The notes under the pieces: model-generated
What the model saw: the letters and a program-made list of their open reading frames with translations, nothing else
The model's database searches: none
What the model was told of the DNA's origin: nothing
Shown here: piece after piece, positions 10,056-20,116 of the stretch
How the letters are laid out: every line of letters starts with the position of its first letter
Numbering within the stretch: the stretch's first letter is position 1
NCBI GenBank assembly: GCA_963701085.1
Contig: OY969561.1
Location: 832,001-896,000 of the forward strand
DNA: 64,000 bases
Origin: an uncultured bacterium
GTDB taxonomy: Bacteria > Babelota > Babeliae > Babelales > Vermiphilaceae
Reading direction: 5' to 3'
Program-made: the position numbers and the translations under genes

Positions 10056-10473
10056 TTATTTTTTTGTTTTTTTCTTTGAGGATGATTTAACAAACGCTCC
10101 CTTAGCAGGCTGATTTCCGGTAGGTGCCATATAAAGAAGACCACTGTCTTTTTCAGGATCAAAATAATTAGGACCATATTTTTTAAGTTTATAAATTTTT
10201 GATGCTTCTTTTACTTTCGCCTTAACAAATGGATCGTCTGTACTTTCTCCTCTATAATACTCATCTGTATATTTACTAATAATAAGCTGCTCTTTTCGAG
10301 ATTCTGAAAGAGGCTTATCCTTAATTCCTTTCACTGCTTTACGCAATTCAGCCGCTTGTTTATGAGATAAAGAAGTCATTTACCTCTTTTTCTTTTTCCT
10401 TCTCCATTGCTAGCCCCATGTTAACTGCAGATAGCATGCCAACAATCGTCATACCCAAAATGTACTTCTTCAT
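10056..10473 (-). pseudogene. Frameshifted secreted protein, paralog of 9417-9776
   Basis: SD plus MKKYILGMTIVGMLSAVNMGLA-MEKEKEKEV from 10473 stops early; the body (10056-10379) is in another frame, offset near 10380. Confidence 0.6.
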
Positions 10474-10513
10474 AATCACTCCTCTTTTTAAAAAAATAGT
10501 TTAATTATTCCTT

Positions 10514-11467
10514 TTATTTACAAAAAGTCTCACGCCATTTGTCTAACGCATTTTCAATAGCATCAATAAAATAATTTGTATCTGCTATTGCTTTGCGAGG
10601 ATCAGCAGGCACTACACGCCCCATTTTTATTAATTCATGTAAATTAGTTTTTTCTTGTCCAACAGGGATAATATGTAAAATTGGTTTAACTGGATCAGCT
10701 GCGTTGTCATCAAAAAAGAAAGAAAGAACATGCTTATCAGATATATCAATTGGGAAAGGTTTACCGCCTTTTTCAATAAAATTAGATTCCTTCCACCAAT
10801 CATAATTGTCTTGAATGGCGTAGTTTATTCCAGGTTTGAATGTAGCAATCATATCTTGTGGATATTTTAGTACTTTATTATCAAGATAAAGAATGCCTTT
10901 TTTAAATGAACCAGGGGTAAATATGAGTCCATCTTGAGCAAGTTCTTCTGATACCCATGTAAGGTCTTGGCCAAACGTACGGAGAATAATTGAAAATGAG
11001 TATTGTTTTTTCCTCAGATAGCTAATAAGTTGCGAAAATGAAGTAAATACTTTTCTCGGTTCTCGCGTTTTAAGGGAGGTAACTAACGAGTTAAATTCAT
11101 TATTAATCTGTTTGAGCATAGGATGATGGTGTTCTTGGGCTGCTGCAATGAATTTAGCTTGGTAGCTTTCTCGATTTTTTTTGATGGCTGCATCTGATCC
11201 TGGGTATTGTTTGTTGAGCTGTGCATAATAGGTCATATTTTCGCCATCATTGTCCCATGTATAAGCATATTCAGGGGCATCAGATAGTATAGCAGCTATA
11301 CTCTCTTCAGGGTCTAATCCTTTGGACTTATCTTCAGCAATAATGGTTTTGTTGATATCCACGAATAGCATAAGATATGGAAGTTCACATTGAGTCGCTT
11401 CCATCGCATTAAGAGCACCTGTACCTAAGGCAAGTAGCAATACCAATCTTTTTGCTATATTTTTCAT
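10514..11467 (-). CDS. Secreted hypothetical protein with HAD-like motifs
   Basis: Signal peptide ending LNA-ME; VDINKTII, LRTFG and FFDDN motifs. Confidence 0.7.
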   Translation of the reverse strand: MKNIAKRLVLLLALGTGALNAMEATQCELPYLMLFVDINKTIIAEDKSKGLDPEESIAAILSDAPEYAYTWDNDGENMTYYAQLNKQYPGSDAAIKKNRESYQAKFIAAAQEHHHPMLKQINNEFNSLVTSLKTREPRKVFTSFSQLISYLRKKQYSFSIILRTFGQDLTWVSEELAQDGLIFTPGSFKKGILYLDNKVLKYPQDMIATFKPGINYAIQDNYDWWKESNFIEKGGKPFPIDISDKHVLSFFFDDNAADPVKPILHIIPVGQEKTNLHELIKMGRVVPADPRKAIADTNYFIDAIENALDKWRETFCK

Positions 11468-11717
11468 GTTTTCCTTTTTTATATAAAAAACTCATAATAT
11501 TTATTTCAATTATAACAATACCAGATGGCGGTGGCAGAAAACAATGGTTTTGTATATATTTTTTAATTTTATAATATTTTACAATAGAATTTTATAAACA
11601 AAAATAGCAAAACATACGAACCAATCAAGCTTTTCGTTAGCAATCCCTTTGCCTTCTGACGCACTATCCTCAACAAAAAAATACCCCGTAAAAAACAAAG
11701 GATTTATCGATAAAAAT

Positions 11718-11780
11718 CGCTCCTACGCTGAAAAGCTTCCTCCTTCGCTAAAAGCTTCGAAGGACAAGACGGCTGACATA
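11718..11780. repeat. Family B palindromes downstream of the GIY-YIG gene
   Basis: cctacgctgaaaagcttcctccttcgctaaaagcttcgaaggac. Confidence 0.65.
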
Positions 11781-11854
11781 CTGCGATTCTTATAGCCCGC
11801 GTCAGCATGAAAAAACAAAAAAAAACAGTTTTTTACAACTGTTTTTTTTACATT

Positions 11855-12097
11855 TTACCAAAATCTTTTCTTGGCAAAAGCACTTCCTGAACCAGATTTT
11901 AAATATTTCTCAAAAGCCGTTGCTTTTAATTTATCTTTAAATCCCATAAACAAAATAAGTTCCCAAGGCCTGTGTTGTCTTGTATGAATTGATCCGCCAG
12001 AATTATGAGTATCAAGTCGTTGGAATAAATTAACGGTATTGCCGATATAGGTAAATTCAGGAGAAGAGATAGATCTAATAAAATATACGTAATGCAT
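11855..12097 (-). CDS. Small stand-alone GIY-YIG nuclease family protein
   Basis: HYVYFIRS...TYIG, RL..HNSG, T...RPW and FEKYLKSGSG motifs. Confidence 0.9.
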   Translation of the reverse strand: MHYVYFIRSISSPEFTYIGNTVNLFQRLDTHNSGGSIHTRQHRPWELILFMGFKDKLKATAFEKYLKSGSGSAFAKKRFW

Positions 12098-12123
12098 AAA
12101 AAATGATTTTTAAAGAGTCTTAG

Positions 12124-12248
12124 GCCTGCCTGTCCATCCTTCGCTAAAGCTATGGAGGACAACCTTCGCTTTTCGTATCAAAATTATTTTAATTTCAAAG
12201 CTTCATTTGCTGGCCGTGCCAACCGAAGCTCGTATGAGCGAAGGTTGG
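12124..12248 (-). repeat. Structured 3' trailer of tRNA-Glu (family B), starting at the CCA
   Basis: Inverted arms caaccttcgct (12160-12170) and agcgaaggttg (12237-12247), plus a tgtcc...ggaca hairpin. Confidence 0.75.
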
Positions 12249-12323
12249 CATCCCCAAGGGGATTTGAACCCCTGTTTTCGCCGTGAAAGGGCGGTGTCCT
12301 AGACCAGGCTAGACGATAGGGAC
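12246..12323 (-). tRNA. tRNA-Glu(TTC)
   Basis: GTCCCTATCGTCTAG...CTTTCAC anticodon loop...GGTTCAAATCC...GCCA. Confidence 0.96.
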
Positions 12324-12371
12324 GTATATTTCAATAAAAAAATTTAAAATTAGATCCACCTTTTTTAGATG

Positions 12372-12450
12372 GCCTGCCAGCCGTCCTTCGACCTGCGTTT
12401 ACTACTGAGCCTGACGAAGTATCAGGATGAGCGGCCTTGGCGGAGACTGG
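12372..12450. repeat. tRNA-Lys 3' trailer (family B) with a nested family A unit
   Basis: gcctgccagccgt[ccttcgac...tcaggatgagcg]gccttggcggagactgg. Confidence 0.7.
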
Positions 12451-12523
12451 TGAGGTGCGTTGGACTCGAACCAACGACCCACAGCTTAAAAGGCTGTTGC
12501 TCTACCGACTGAGCTAGCACCCC
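12448..12523 (-). tRNA. tRNA-Lys(TTT)
   Basis: GGGGTGCTAGCTCAG...CTTTTAA...GGTTCGAGTCC...ACCA, 76 nt. Confidence 0.96.
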
Positions 12524-12622
12524 ACTAATTTTTCAATCCAATTTCAATTAATTCACTATTAGAAGGTATAATTATAAAGGTATTTTGTCAAGCAAAAATA
12601 ACATTTCAGTTAAAATAGATAT

Positions 12623-13978
12623 TTAGAAAAGCAAAATCTTAATACTAGTACAGTAAATTAGTATTCCAACAATATCCATAATCGTCGCTAAAAACGGCCC
12701 TGCAGAGAATGCGGGATCAATATTAAAACGCTTAAGAATAAATGGCATTGCACTACCAAGCGTAACAGAAAACAACACAATAACAGCAAGAGTAAAACTG
12801 ATCACAAGAGTTTCCCAAACCACACCATTTGTTGGATAAACACGAACAAATGCTGTTACACCAAGAATACATGATAAAAATGAAGCCATCATAAATTCTC
12901 GTCGCAAAAACTTTTTCATCGTGCTTTGATCAAATTCACCTGACGCCATTCCACAAATTGCAACAGCAGACGTTTGATTGCTTGTATTACCTCCTACACT
13001 CGTGAGCATAGGAACAAAAAAGAGTAACATTTCCGTCAACGTGGATTCATACATCCGCATAATAGTAGTGGAAACAGAACCAGCTAACAATAATATTACA
13101 AGAATAGAGCTGCGTTCATATAATGATTGGAAAAAGGGAGTTTCAAAATAAGGACGCGTAAGCGGAGTCATTGCTGCCATCTTCTGAACATCTTCTGCTG
13201 CTTCCTCAACTAAAACATCCACCAACGTATCACTAGAAATAACACCAAGGAAAATATCATCCGCCCCAATAACAGGAACCGTGGTGACACCATAATGCAC
13301 CATCTCTTTGGCGATTGTTTCACGGTCTTCATGTGCTTGTGCAACAAGTTCATTTTTATTCATAAAAGAAGAAATACGAATATTAGGCTTATTAAAAATT
13401 AAATCTTCTAAATAAACAAATCCAACAAGACGATGATCTTTGTTAACGACAAATATCTGTCGATGCACGTCTCTACTTGGTCGCAATCGCTGCATTAAAG
13501 AAATACTTTTTTCAACGGTAAAATCTTCCATTAAGGTAATAACATCGGTGTGCATTATACCCGCGGCTGATTCTGGCTCAAATTTCAGCATTTTCTTAAC
13601 TTTTTCATGAACACGCTTATTCAATGAACCAAGATACAATTTGAGCTCTTCATCTGAAAAAATATCAAACAGATCAGTAAGATCATCAGTTGAAAGAGTT
13701 TGAAAAGCTTCAACCTGCTCCTGATCATCGAGGAACGAAAGAATATACACTTTTAATTTATCTTGTAACTCATGAAACAAATCAAGCTGAAGTGAATTAG
13801 GAAGCGCCTTGTACAATAACTTGACGTTTTCCTGGCTCAAATTTTTAAATATGTAGGCAATGTCAACCGGATGCGTATTGAGCAGCTCATGCCACAATTT
13901 ACCACCTTCTGGACCTTTATGGGCAATTACATCCTCAATATTTTCCTGAATCCCGTAGAGCAAATCTTTTACATCCAT
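12623..13978 (-). CDS. mgtE: Magnesium transporter MgtE
   Basis: CBS pair, GGNTSNQ, DPA..AGPFLAT..D motifs. Confidence 0.95.
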   Translation of the reverse strand: MDVKDLLYGIQENIEDVIAHKGPEGGKLWHELLNTHPVDIAYIFKNLSQENVKLLYKALPNSLQLDLFHELQDKLKVYILSFLDDQEQVEAFQTLSTDDLTDLFDIFSDEELKLYLGSLNKRVHEKVKKMLKFEPESAAGIMHTDVITLMEDFTVEKSISLMQRLRPSRDVHRQIFVVNKDHRLVGFVYLEDLIFNKPNIRISSFMNKNELVAQAHEDRETIAKEMVHYGVTTVPVIGADDIFLGVISSDTLVDVLVEEAAEDVQKMAAMTPLTRPYFETPFFQSLYERSSILVILLLAGSVSTTIMRMYESTLTEMLLFFVPMLTSVGGNTSNQTSAVAICGMASGEFDQSTMKKFLRREFMMASFLSCILGVTAFVRVYPTNGVVWETLVISFTLAVIVLFSVTLGSAMPFILKRFNIDPAFSAGPFLATIMDIVGILIYCTSIKILLF

Positions 13979-14215
13979 GGCTCTTCTCCTAACTCTTGCT
14001 ATGGGCTATTGCCAACCATATCATCACCAAACATTCTCAGTCTAGACGCTGTTTTAAACAGATGCAACCTCAATTGCCCGCCATCACTCAAGCTATGGCG
14101 AACTCAATCGCCATTTGACTTTAAGACTATTATAGATAAAACTTAAAATAAAGATCTAATTTACTATTTTTTATCAATAGCAACAAAAAAAACTCAGGGT
14201 AATCGGAAATTAAAA

Positions 14216-15214
14216 ATGCAGAAACATGGCCACATCGCACCAGAAACTACATTTTCCTTTAGTGTACCAGACAATAGTGCTCCTTGTCGCATAGATCGTT
14301 ACATAACCCAATTATTTCCTGACTATTCCCGCACCTATTTCCAGCATATTATCGATGCAGGCGGCATAATCATCAATAATACCCCCGCAAAAAAATCAAG
14401 CGCTTTGGTCTATCCAACCAACATAATAACCATACAGTTCCCCGCACAACGAACCGTCAAAACAGAAAGCGTCATTGATAAAACGTTTAATGTATCAATT
14501 CTTGCAACCACTGAGCATTTTATGATTATTCACAAACCTGCTCATTTGTTGGTGCATGCTCCTTCCTCCACAAGCACTGCCATTACCTTAACTGATTGGA
14601 TACGTCACCATCATGGTGATATTATATCAGTGGGCCTCAGTGACCGTCCTGGCATCATCCACCGTCTTGATAAAGAAACCTCCGGTATCATGATTATTAC
14701 GCGCACCAATTATGCACATAATATTATTGGCGGGCTATTCAGAAATAGAAAAATAAGCAAAACATACAAAGCTATTGTGGCCGGACACCCAGAAAAAGAA
14801 GGTACCATTACCCTTGCAATTGGCCGTGATCCTATTAATCGCATAAAAATGGCAACATTTGATGAAAACAGTATTGATTCAGAGGGAAAAATAGGACAGG
14901 TCAAAGTGCGCAATGCCACAACACAGTATACAGTTTTGGAATATTTTAAAGACACATCCCTCATTGAAGTCAAACCAACAACCGGCCGAACTCATCAAAT
15001 TCGCGTTCATATGAAAGCCATTGGGCATCCCATAATTGGCGATCAACTTTATGGAAAAAAATCACCACTCATCGACCGACAAGCACTGCACGCAGAAAGT
15101 TTATCTTTTGTGTTTGAAGAAACTCCCTACTTATTTAGTAATGAAATTCCTGATGATTTTCAACAACTACTCAGTACCCTACATGATTCTTCAAGCGAAA
15201 CAAAATTAATATAA
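14216..15214 (+). CDS. rluD: RluA/RluD family 23S rRNA pseudouridine synthase
   Basis: N-terminal S4 domain, HRLDKETSG, GRTHQIRVHM and HPIIGD motifs. Confidence 0.88.
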   Translation: MQKHGHIAPETTFSFSVPDNSAPCRIDRYITQLFPDYSRTYFQHIIDAGGIIINNTPAKKSSALVYPTNIITIQFPAQRTVKTESVIDKTFNVSILATTEHFMIIHKPAHLLVHAPSSTSTAITLTDWIRHHHGDIISVGLSDRPGIIHRLDKETSGIMIITRTNYAHNIIGGLFRNRKISKTYKAIVAGHPEKEGTITLAIGRDPINRIKMATFDENSIDSEGKIGQVKVRNATTQYTVLEYFKDTSLIEVKPTTGRTHQIRVHMKAIGHPIIGDQLYGKKSPLIDRQALHAESLSFVFEETPYLFSNEIPDDFQQLLSTLHDSSSETKLI

Positions 15215-15359
15215 AAAATCATCACTTTTTACTCTTGCATTTTTTTTTAATCCGCAGTAGCATTGAAACGAGCTAAGAAGGAATTGTAGTAATGAAGCCC
15301 CTTCTTACATCATTTCAAAAAAAATTTTATTAACTTTGTATTCATACAAAGTTTCTTTT

Positions 15360-16115
15360 TTATGCTACAATTTGTGGCATACATCTAATGCAATATTTCT
15401 TAAGTCGTTCAAATTCTGCACGATGTTCATCAATAGTTTGTTTATCTCTTAAAATATTTATATTCTCAATATTAGTTTGCTGGCCGGCTTTGGTTAAATT
15501 TGCCGAACCTGTCACTACAAAATCATCTCCGAGAATAATTTTATGATGCATAAACGGTTCCGATAATCCATTCTTTTTATACTTTGGATTCAATGCAGGC
15601 TTATAACACCACACGGCAATATTATTATCCACCAATGCTTGTACCTTACTATGCATATGCTTCATATTACTCGCGTCAGTAATAACACATACCTCCACAC
15701 CATTTTTATGGGCATCTATCAAATAATTAACAATGCGAAAATCCGTCAAATTAAAAGCCGCAACATACAAACATTTTTTTGCATCAGTCATTATTTCCAA
15801 TAAAACAGGAGATAAATCATGAATGGTCGTAAAAAATGATTGTGAAATGCGGTCTCTATCAATAACAGCTGCACCATCAAGCAAAATTTTGTGTTGTTTT
15901 TTATGAGGAATAGATTGATGTTTTTTCTGTTGATTGCCTAAATTAGGTTTTCCGTCATATCCCATAATAAAGTGAGTTGTACCAAAAGTACGCGGTGGTG
16001 TATTATTAAAACAAAGCTGCATATTCTTTGGCACATTTTTCCGTACTGCGTGAGTGAGATGAATACCAGACATATTAAAAACCAAACAGATCAGTACGCA
16101 CTGTAATCGCCTCAT
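15360..16115 (-). CDS. Phospholipase D/Nuc family protein, single HKD, with signal peptide
   Basis: MHHKIILGDD (HxKxxxxD), TGSAN and N-x-EN motifs. Confidence 0.85.
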   Translation of the reverse strand: MRRLQCVLICLVFNMSGIHLTHAVRKNVPKNMQLCFNNTPPRTFGTTHFIMGYDGKPNLGNQQKKHQSIPHKKQHKILLDGAAVIDRDRISQSFFTTIHDLSPVLLEIMTDAKKCLYVAAFNLTDFRIVNYLIDAHKNGVEVCVITDASNMKHMHSKVQALVDNNIAVWCYKPALNPKYKKNGLSEPFMHHKIILGDDFVVTGSANLTKAGQQTNIENINILRDKQTIDEHRAEFERLKKYCIRCMPQIVA

Positions 16116-16145
16116 ATCGTTCCTTTTTTTATGGCGATAATAGCA

Positions 16146-16721
16146 TTATTTACGCGGATGAGCACCAAGAATAATACGTTCACGCAGCTGACGCATCTCT
16201 TCTTTTTTTACCTGTCGCTGTAATTTTCTTTGTATTTTTAAATTTTGCAGAGAATCAGAATTCTCATTTTTGATAGTACGCATCATACCACGACAATCGA
16301 TCCCATCACTTAATTCACATAGTATTCTTGATAAATAAAAAAACTGCTTTACTCCATCAGCAGTGGTATCTTTACTGTCAAAAACTTTATCAACTTCATC
16401 GCGTATTTTAGTCTGTAAATACGATTGCAAATGTTCTGAAATTACCGCTTTAGCATTACAATCAAAATCAAGAACAATGCAAATATCAGTCATGAGATGC
16501 TGTATTTCTTTAATTTCTTTACCGGTAAGCCATTCAGGGGTTATTATATCTTCATTGGCCGCTATCGATTCTCGTGATTTAGTGAATATATCTTCAATAA
16601 CATTACGACAATCATTTTCTACATCTGCCACGCAAACTCTATGCGGTTCTAATAATTCATCTGCACAAATCATTGTCGGCAAACAAAAAAACAGAAAAAT
16701 TAATACTTTTCTACTCTTCAT
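16146..16721 (-). CDS. Hypothetical secreted protein
   Basis: Signal-like N-terminus; 191-aa ORF. Confidence 0.65.
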   Translation of the reverse strand: MKSRKVLIFLFFCLPTMICADELLEPHRVCVADVENDCRNVIEDIFTKSRESIAANEDIITPEWLTGKEIKEIQHLMTDICIVLDFDCNAKAVISEHLQSYLQTKIRDEVDKVFDSKDTTADGVKQFFYLSRILCELSDGIDCRGMMRTIKNENSDSLQNLKIQRKLQRQVKKEEMRQLRERIILGAHPRK

Positions 16722-16821
16722 ACTCTTCTCCCTTTTTTATACAATACTTATTTCATACATAGCAGGATAATAATGCACCAATACAAAGATTTTTTGCAAG
16801 TATGCACCAAAAAAAATCATC

Positions 16822-19533
16822 TTAAAACTTCCAGCGCATTTCAACCTCGCCACCCAAATCGCGCCGCTCATCACGATAAGCTCGTAGAGTTATATCATCA
16901 GAAAGAAGGAATTCAAGCTCAAATTTGGTATCTTCAGTCAAACTAAAGTTTTTTTGAATCACCGCACGCCAACGATCATCGATGCTGATTTCCAACGCAC
17001 CACGCAATCCACCTCTGCCGGTTTGATCAGTAAAGCTTGGCACCAAATTAATATTAAATGATCCAAGTAATGGCTTAAAATATTTATCAAAAAATGAAGA
17101 CTGATTATTACTAAAAATAAGACTCTTTAAATTTTGCACGATAAGTGCTGGCATCATACTATTCAAAGACTGTTCTTCAGCCCCAACAAGCAAAAGTCCC
17201 ACAATCTGTTCTTCAGAAAGTGGTGGTGTTGCATCAAGTGCAATATTATGTGTTAATAAAGAACCGTCTACCTGCAATGAAACATCATATTTTTTAATTT
17301 TATTACGCGCAACAAGCTCAATAGCAGGATTAAACAACTGCTCAGGAGAAAAAGTTATAACTCCTTTAGAAATATAGAGTGGCTTATACGGAAAATTAAG
17401 CGTTCCTGACTGCAACACAATTGAACCTGCCACCGTTGGATCATGCACATCTTTTTGTATGCGCACATTCACATGCGCGTTGGTTTGTAAAAATCCAGTA
17501 TCAACAACAATAGGTGATTTTGTTTCTATAGCCAGATCACATTTAAGCGCTACGTCAGATAGTGAAAATGCTGAATGAGCATACGACAAAAGTTGTTTCT
17601 GAATAATGCCCGAAAAAAGATTTTCTTTTAATTGTGCTTTATCAATAATAATATGACCATCAACACGTCCATCTGATGATAATGGCTTTGAAAACAAAAG
17701 ATTACCAGAAACAATCGCAAATAAATCTTTTTTAATATTAATCAAACAGCTCTCTAAAATTAATGGCGCATGAGCAAAAACAAGATGTCCATTATGATCA
17801 AAATGAGTAATTGCACGCAAACAGTTAATATTACCTGCATGCAATGAAAGATTAACATTCTCACATATCACAGACTTATGTGCTACGTTATAAACACAAT
17901 GAGCATTGAACCCATCAATAAAATTATATGTCTGTGGCAATCTAATGGTTGCCTCATTAAGTCTAATATCTGCAATAACTTCTGAAGATGAAACTGTTGC
18001 AACAACATCCAAACTCCCCTCTCCCTGCACATCATACTTCATTATAGTATTGATTACTGAACGAATAAATGGAAAAGCTATTGATCCGGTAATCTGTTTT
18101 TTATCATCAGTTGCTTGCAAAGTAATAAGCGGCTTATTTTCTTTATCTTTATAAAAAAAATGATCTAATACACTATGTGGATATAGTTCTACCTCCCCTG
18201 AAAATTGATTATCATCAATAAGACCATGTGCCGTTGCTATTCCTTGAATATAAGAAAAGAGACTACTATGTTTATGTGTTGCATCACGTAACGTATTCGT
18301 CGCAACAACCTCATACGAGCCCTTTATTGTATCATTATCAACTATGACATGTGCACCAAAACTCTGAGGTTTTATACGCCAATAGGGAAAAATTTTTGAA
18401 CTGATATCGGTAATATTTTTGACAACAAGCTCTCCTTTTTGAGTAGATTGGCTCCAATATCCCGTTCCTTTACACTCTTGATTATAACGACTTATACCAA
18501 GCCGCACCTTCCAGTCATCATCATGTCGCGCAAAAATAATTTTTCCTGCATCGCACACATGATGGTTATTTACCGTAACATCTTCAAGAACCAATTGTCC
18601 GTCAACAGTTTGTGGCTCATCTCTATTTATTTTTATTGAGCAATGTCCTATGCCATTAATCATCTGATCAACAGTAGAATCTGTAATACACTGAACTGCA
18701 TATGATAATGGAAACCGTGCATTTACCCGCAACTCACGCTCAGTGATAATAATAGGATCTATCATTAAGACATTGTATGCATTACGCACTGAAAATCTTC
18801 CCCTATCACTTTTCCATCCACCCGTAATATAGCATCCCCCCTGATTACCCATATGCGATAACACAAAAGTTCCCGCCACTTGTACACCTACATCGTAGCG
18901 ATCAGTCAAACCACTATATGCCGTCGTAATAAAAATATCCGTAGCAATATTTTCAACATAATTACTTTTTTTATACATTACATGACCATCAATAAGAGAC
19001 ATAGTCGTTTTGATTTGATGACCCATTTTTACCGATGAGCTGTTAAAAGACACCGCAACTTCACTTTTATAATTTTCATCATTCCCATAAAAATGGGCAT
19101 TTTTGAATATCATTGATTTTAATTCAACCGCAAATGGCAAAAATGATTTTTGTAACATTGCCATAACATGTGGTTCAATAGCAAGCCGCGACTCTGCACT
19201 GCGTGATCGGCATTCAAAACCATCTATAACAACGTACTGATCCATCACTCCCTTCAACAGAAGCTGGATCCATGAACAATGCACTTCACATTTTTTACAT
19301 CGCCACGACCATGCGTCAGGCTCAAGCGATTTCATTTCTACATCATGCAGCACCAGTGATGGTGAAAAAAAGCTCACAGAGTGCACGGTACATAAAAAAT
19401 TGCCGCCCAACGATTCATGGGCAATTTTTTGCAACAGAGACACAATTTTTTTATGTGTCCATGGATCATACTGTGCATAAAAAATGGTGCCGAAAATACC
19501 AAGCACCAACGCAAAACTTATTTTTTTTAACAT
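16822..19533 (-). CDS. tamB: Translocation/assembly module TamB-like protein
   Basis: N-terminal anchor, beta-rich body, C-terminal DUF490-like region (ATPPLSEEQIVGLLL), terminal WKF. Confidence 0.75.
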   Translation of the reverse strand: MLKKISFALVLGIFGTIFYAQYDPWTHKKIVSLLQKIAHESLGGNFLCTVHSVSFFSPSLVLHDVEMKSLEPDAWSWRCKKCEVHCSWIQLLLKGVMDQYVVIDGFECRSRSAESRLAIEPHVMAMLQKSFLPFAVELKSMIFKNAHFYGNDENYKSEVAVSFNSSSVKMGHQIKTTMSLIDGHVMYKKSNYVENIATDIFITTAYSGLTDRYDVGVQVAGTFVLSHMGNQGGCYITGGWKSDRGRFSVRNAYNVLMIDPIIITERELRVNARFPLSYAVQCITDSTVDQMINGIGHCSIKINRDEPQTVDGQLVLEDVTVNNHHVCDAGKIIFARHDDDWKVRLGISRYNQECKGTGYWSQSTQKGELVVKNITDISSKIFPYWRIKPQSFGAHVIVDNDTIKGSYEVVATNTLRDATHKHSSLFSYIQGIATAHGLIDDNQFSGEVELYPHSVLDHFFYKDKENKPLITLQATDDKKQITGSIAFPFIRSVINTIMKYDVQGEGSLDVVATVSSSEVIADIRLNEATIRLPQTYNFIDGFNAHCVYNVAHKSVICENVNLSLHAGNINCLRAITHFDHNGHLVFAHAPLILESCLINIKKDLFAIVSGNLLFSKPLSSDGRVDGHIIIDKAQLKENLFSGIIQKQLLSYAHSAFSLSDVALKCDLAIETKSPIVVDTGFLQTNAHVNVRIQKDVHDPTVAGSIVLQSGTLNFPYKPLYISKGVITFSPEQLFNPAIELVARNKIKKYDVSLQVDGSLLTHNIALDATPPLSEEQIVGLLLVGAEEQSLNSMMPALIVQNLKSLIFSNNQSSFFDKYFKPLLGSFNINLVPSFTDQTGRGGLRGALEISIDDRWRAVIQKNFSLTEDTKFELEFLLSDDITLRAYRDERRDLGGEVEMRWKF

Positions 19534-19577
19534 GTATGATAATTAAAGACTACACGTCACGCAAGTCCATTTTTCAT

Positions 19578-19613
19578 TGCGCTCATCCTGAACTTGTTGA
19601 AGGATTAAGCGCA
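19578..19613. repeat. Family A single unit
   Basis: tgcgctcatcctgaacttgttgaagga...gcgca. Confidence 0.75.
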
Positions 19614-19615
19614 CA

Positions 19616-20116
19616 TTATTCTAACAACTTCCATCTACCATCATACCGGTAGAGACGCAAATAGGAAACCTGAGAAACGGCATTACTTAATGCGTACATA
19701 ATTTTCTTATTTTTATCAGTTAAATAAACCGTACCAGAAGAAATGATACCGGTCGGATAAAAATGAATTGATGAATCAGGAAATGTTATCGCTTTTTTAA
19801 TGCTGCGCGATGGCGACCCCGGGGAACCAAGAACATTCGGCAAAAAACCAAAAGAAATACGCGATGACAATGTTTCACAAACATTATCACCACGATATTC
19901 ATTTTTTTGCGTATTACACACAAGTGACTGATCACTATTTGTAGCAATAGCTTTTTGCTGTAAATATGTACACGCACCTGCAAGTTTATCAATTTCCGCA
20001 TGTGCAATGGTATCATCTAAGAATGAAAGCTGCATCATGCCGAGCGTTGCAACTAAAACAAACAAACAGACAACTATCATTACTTCTATCAAAAAAAAAC
20101 CATGTTTATTCTTCAT
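19616..20116 (-). CDS. Prepilin-type pseudopilin (GspH/FimT-like)
   Basis: Class III signal KHG-FFLIEVMIV; C-terminal IHFYPTG. Confidence 0.85.
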   Translation of the reverse strand: MKNKHGFFLIEVMIVVCLFVLVATLGMMQLSFLDDTIAHAEIDKLAGACTYLQQKAIATNSDQSLVCNTQKNEYRGDNVCETLSSRISFGFLPNVLGSPGSPSRSIKKAITFPDSSIHFYPTGIISSGTVYLTDKNKKIMYALSNAVSQVSYLRLYRYDGRWKLLE

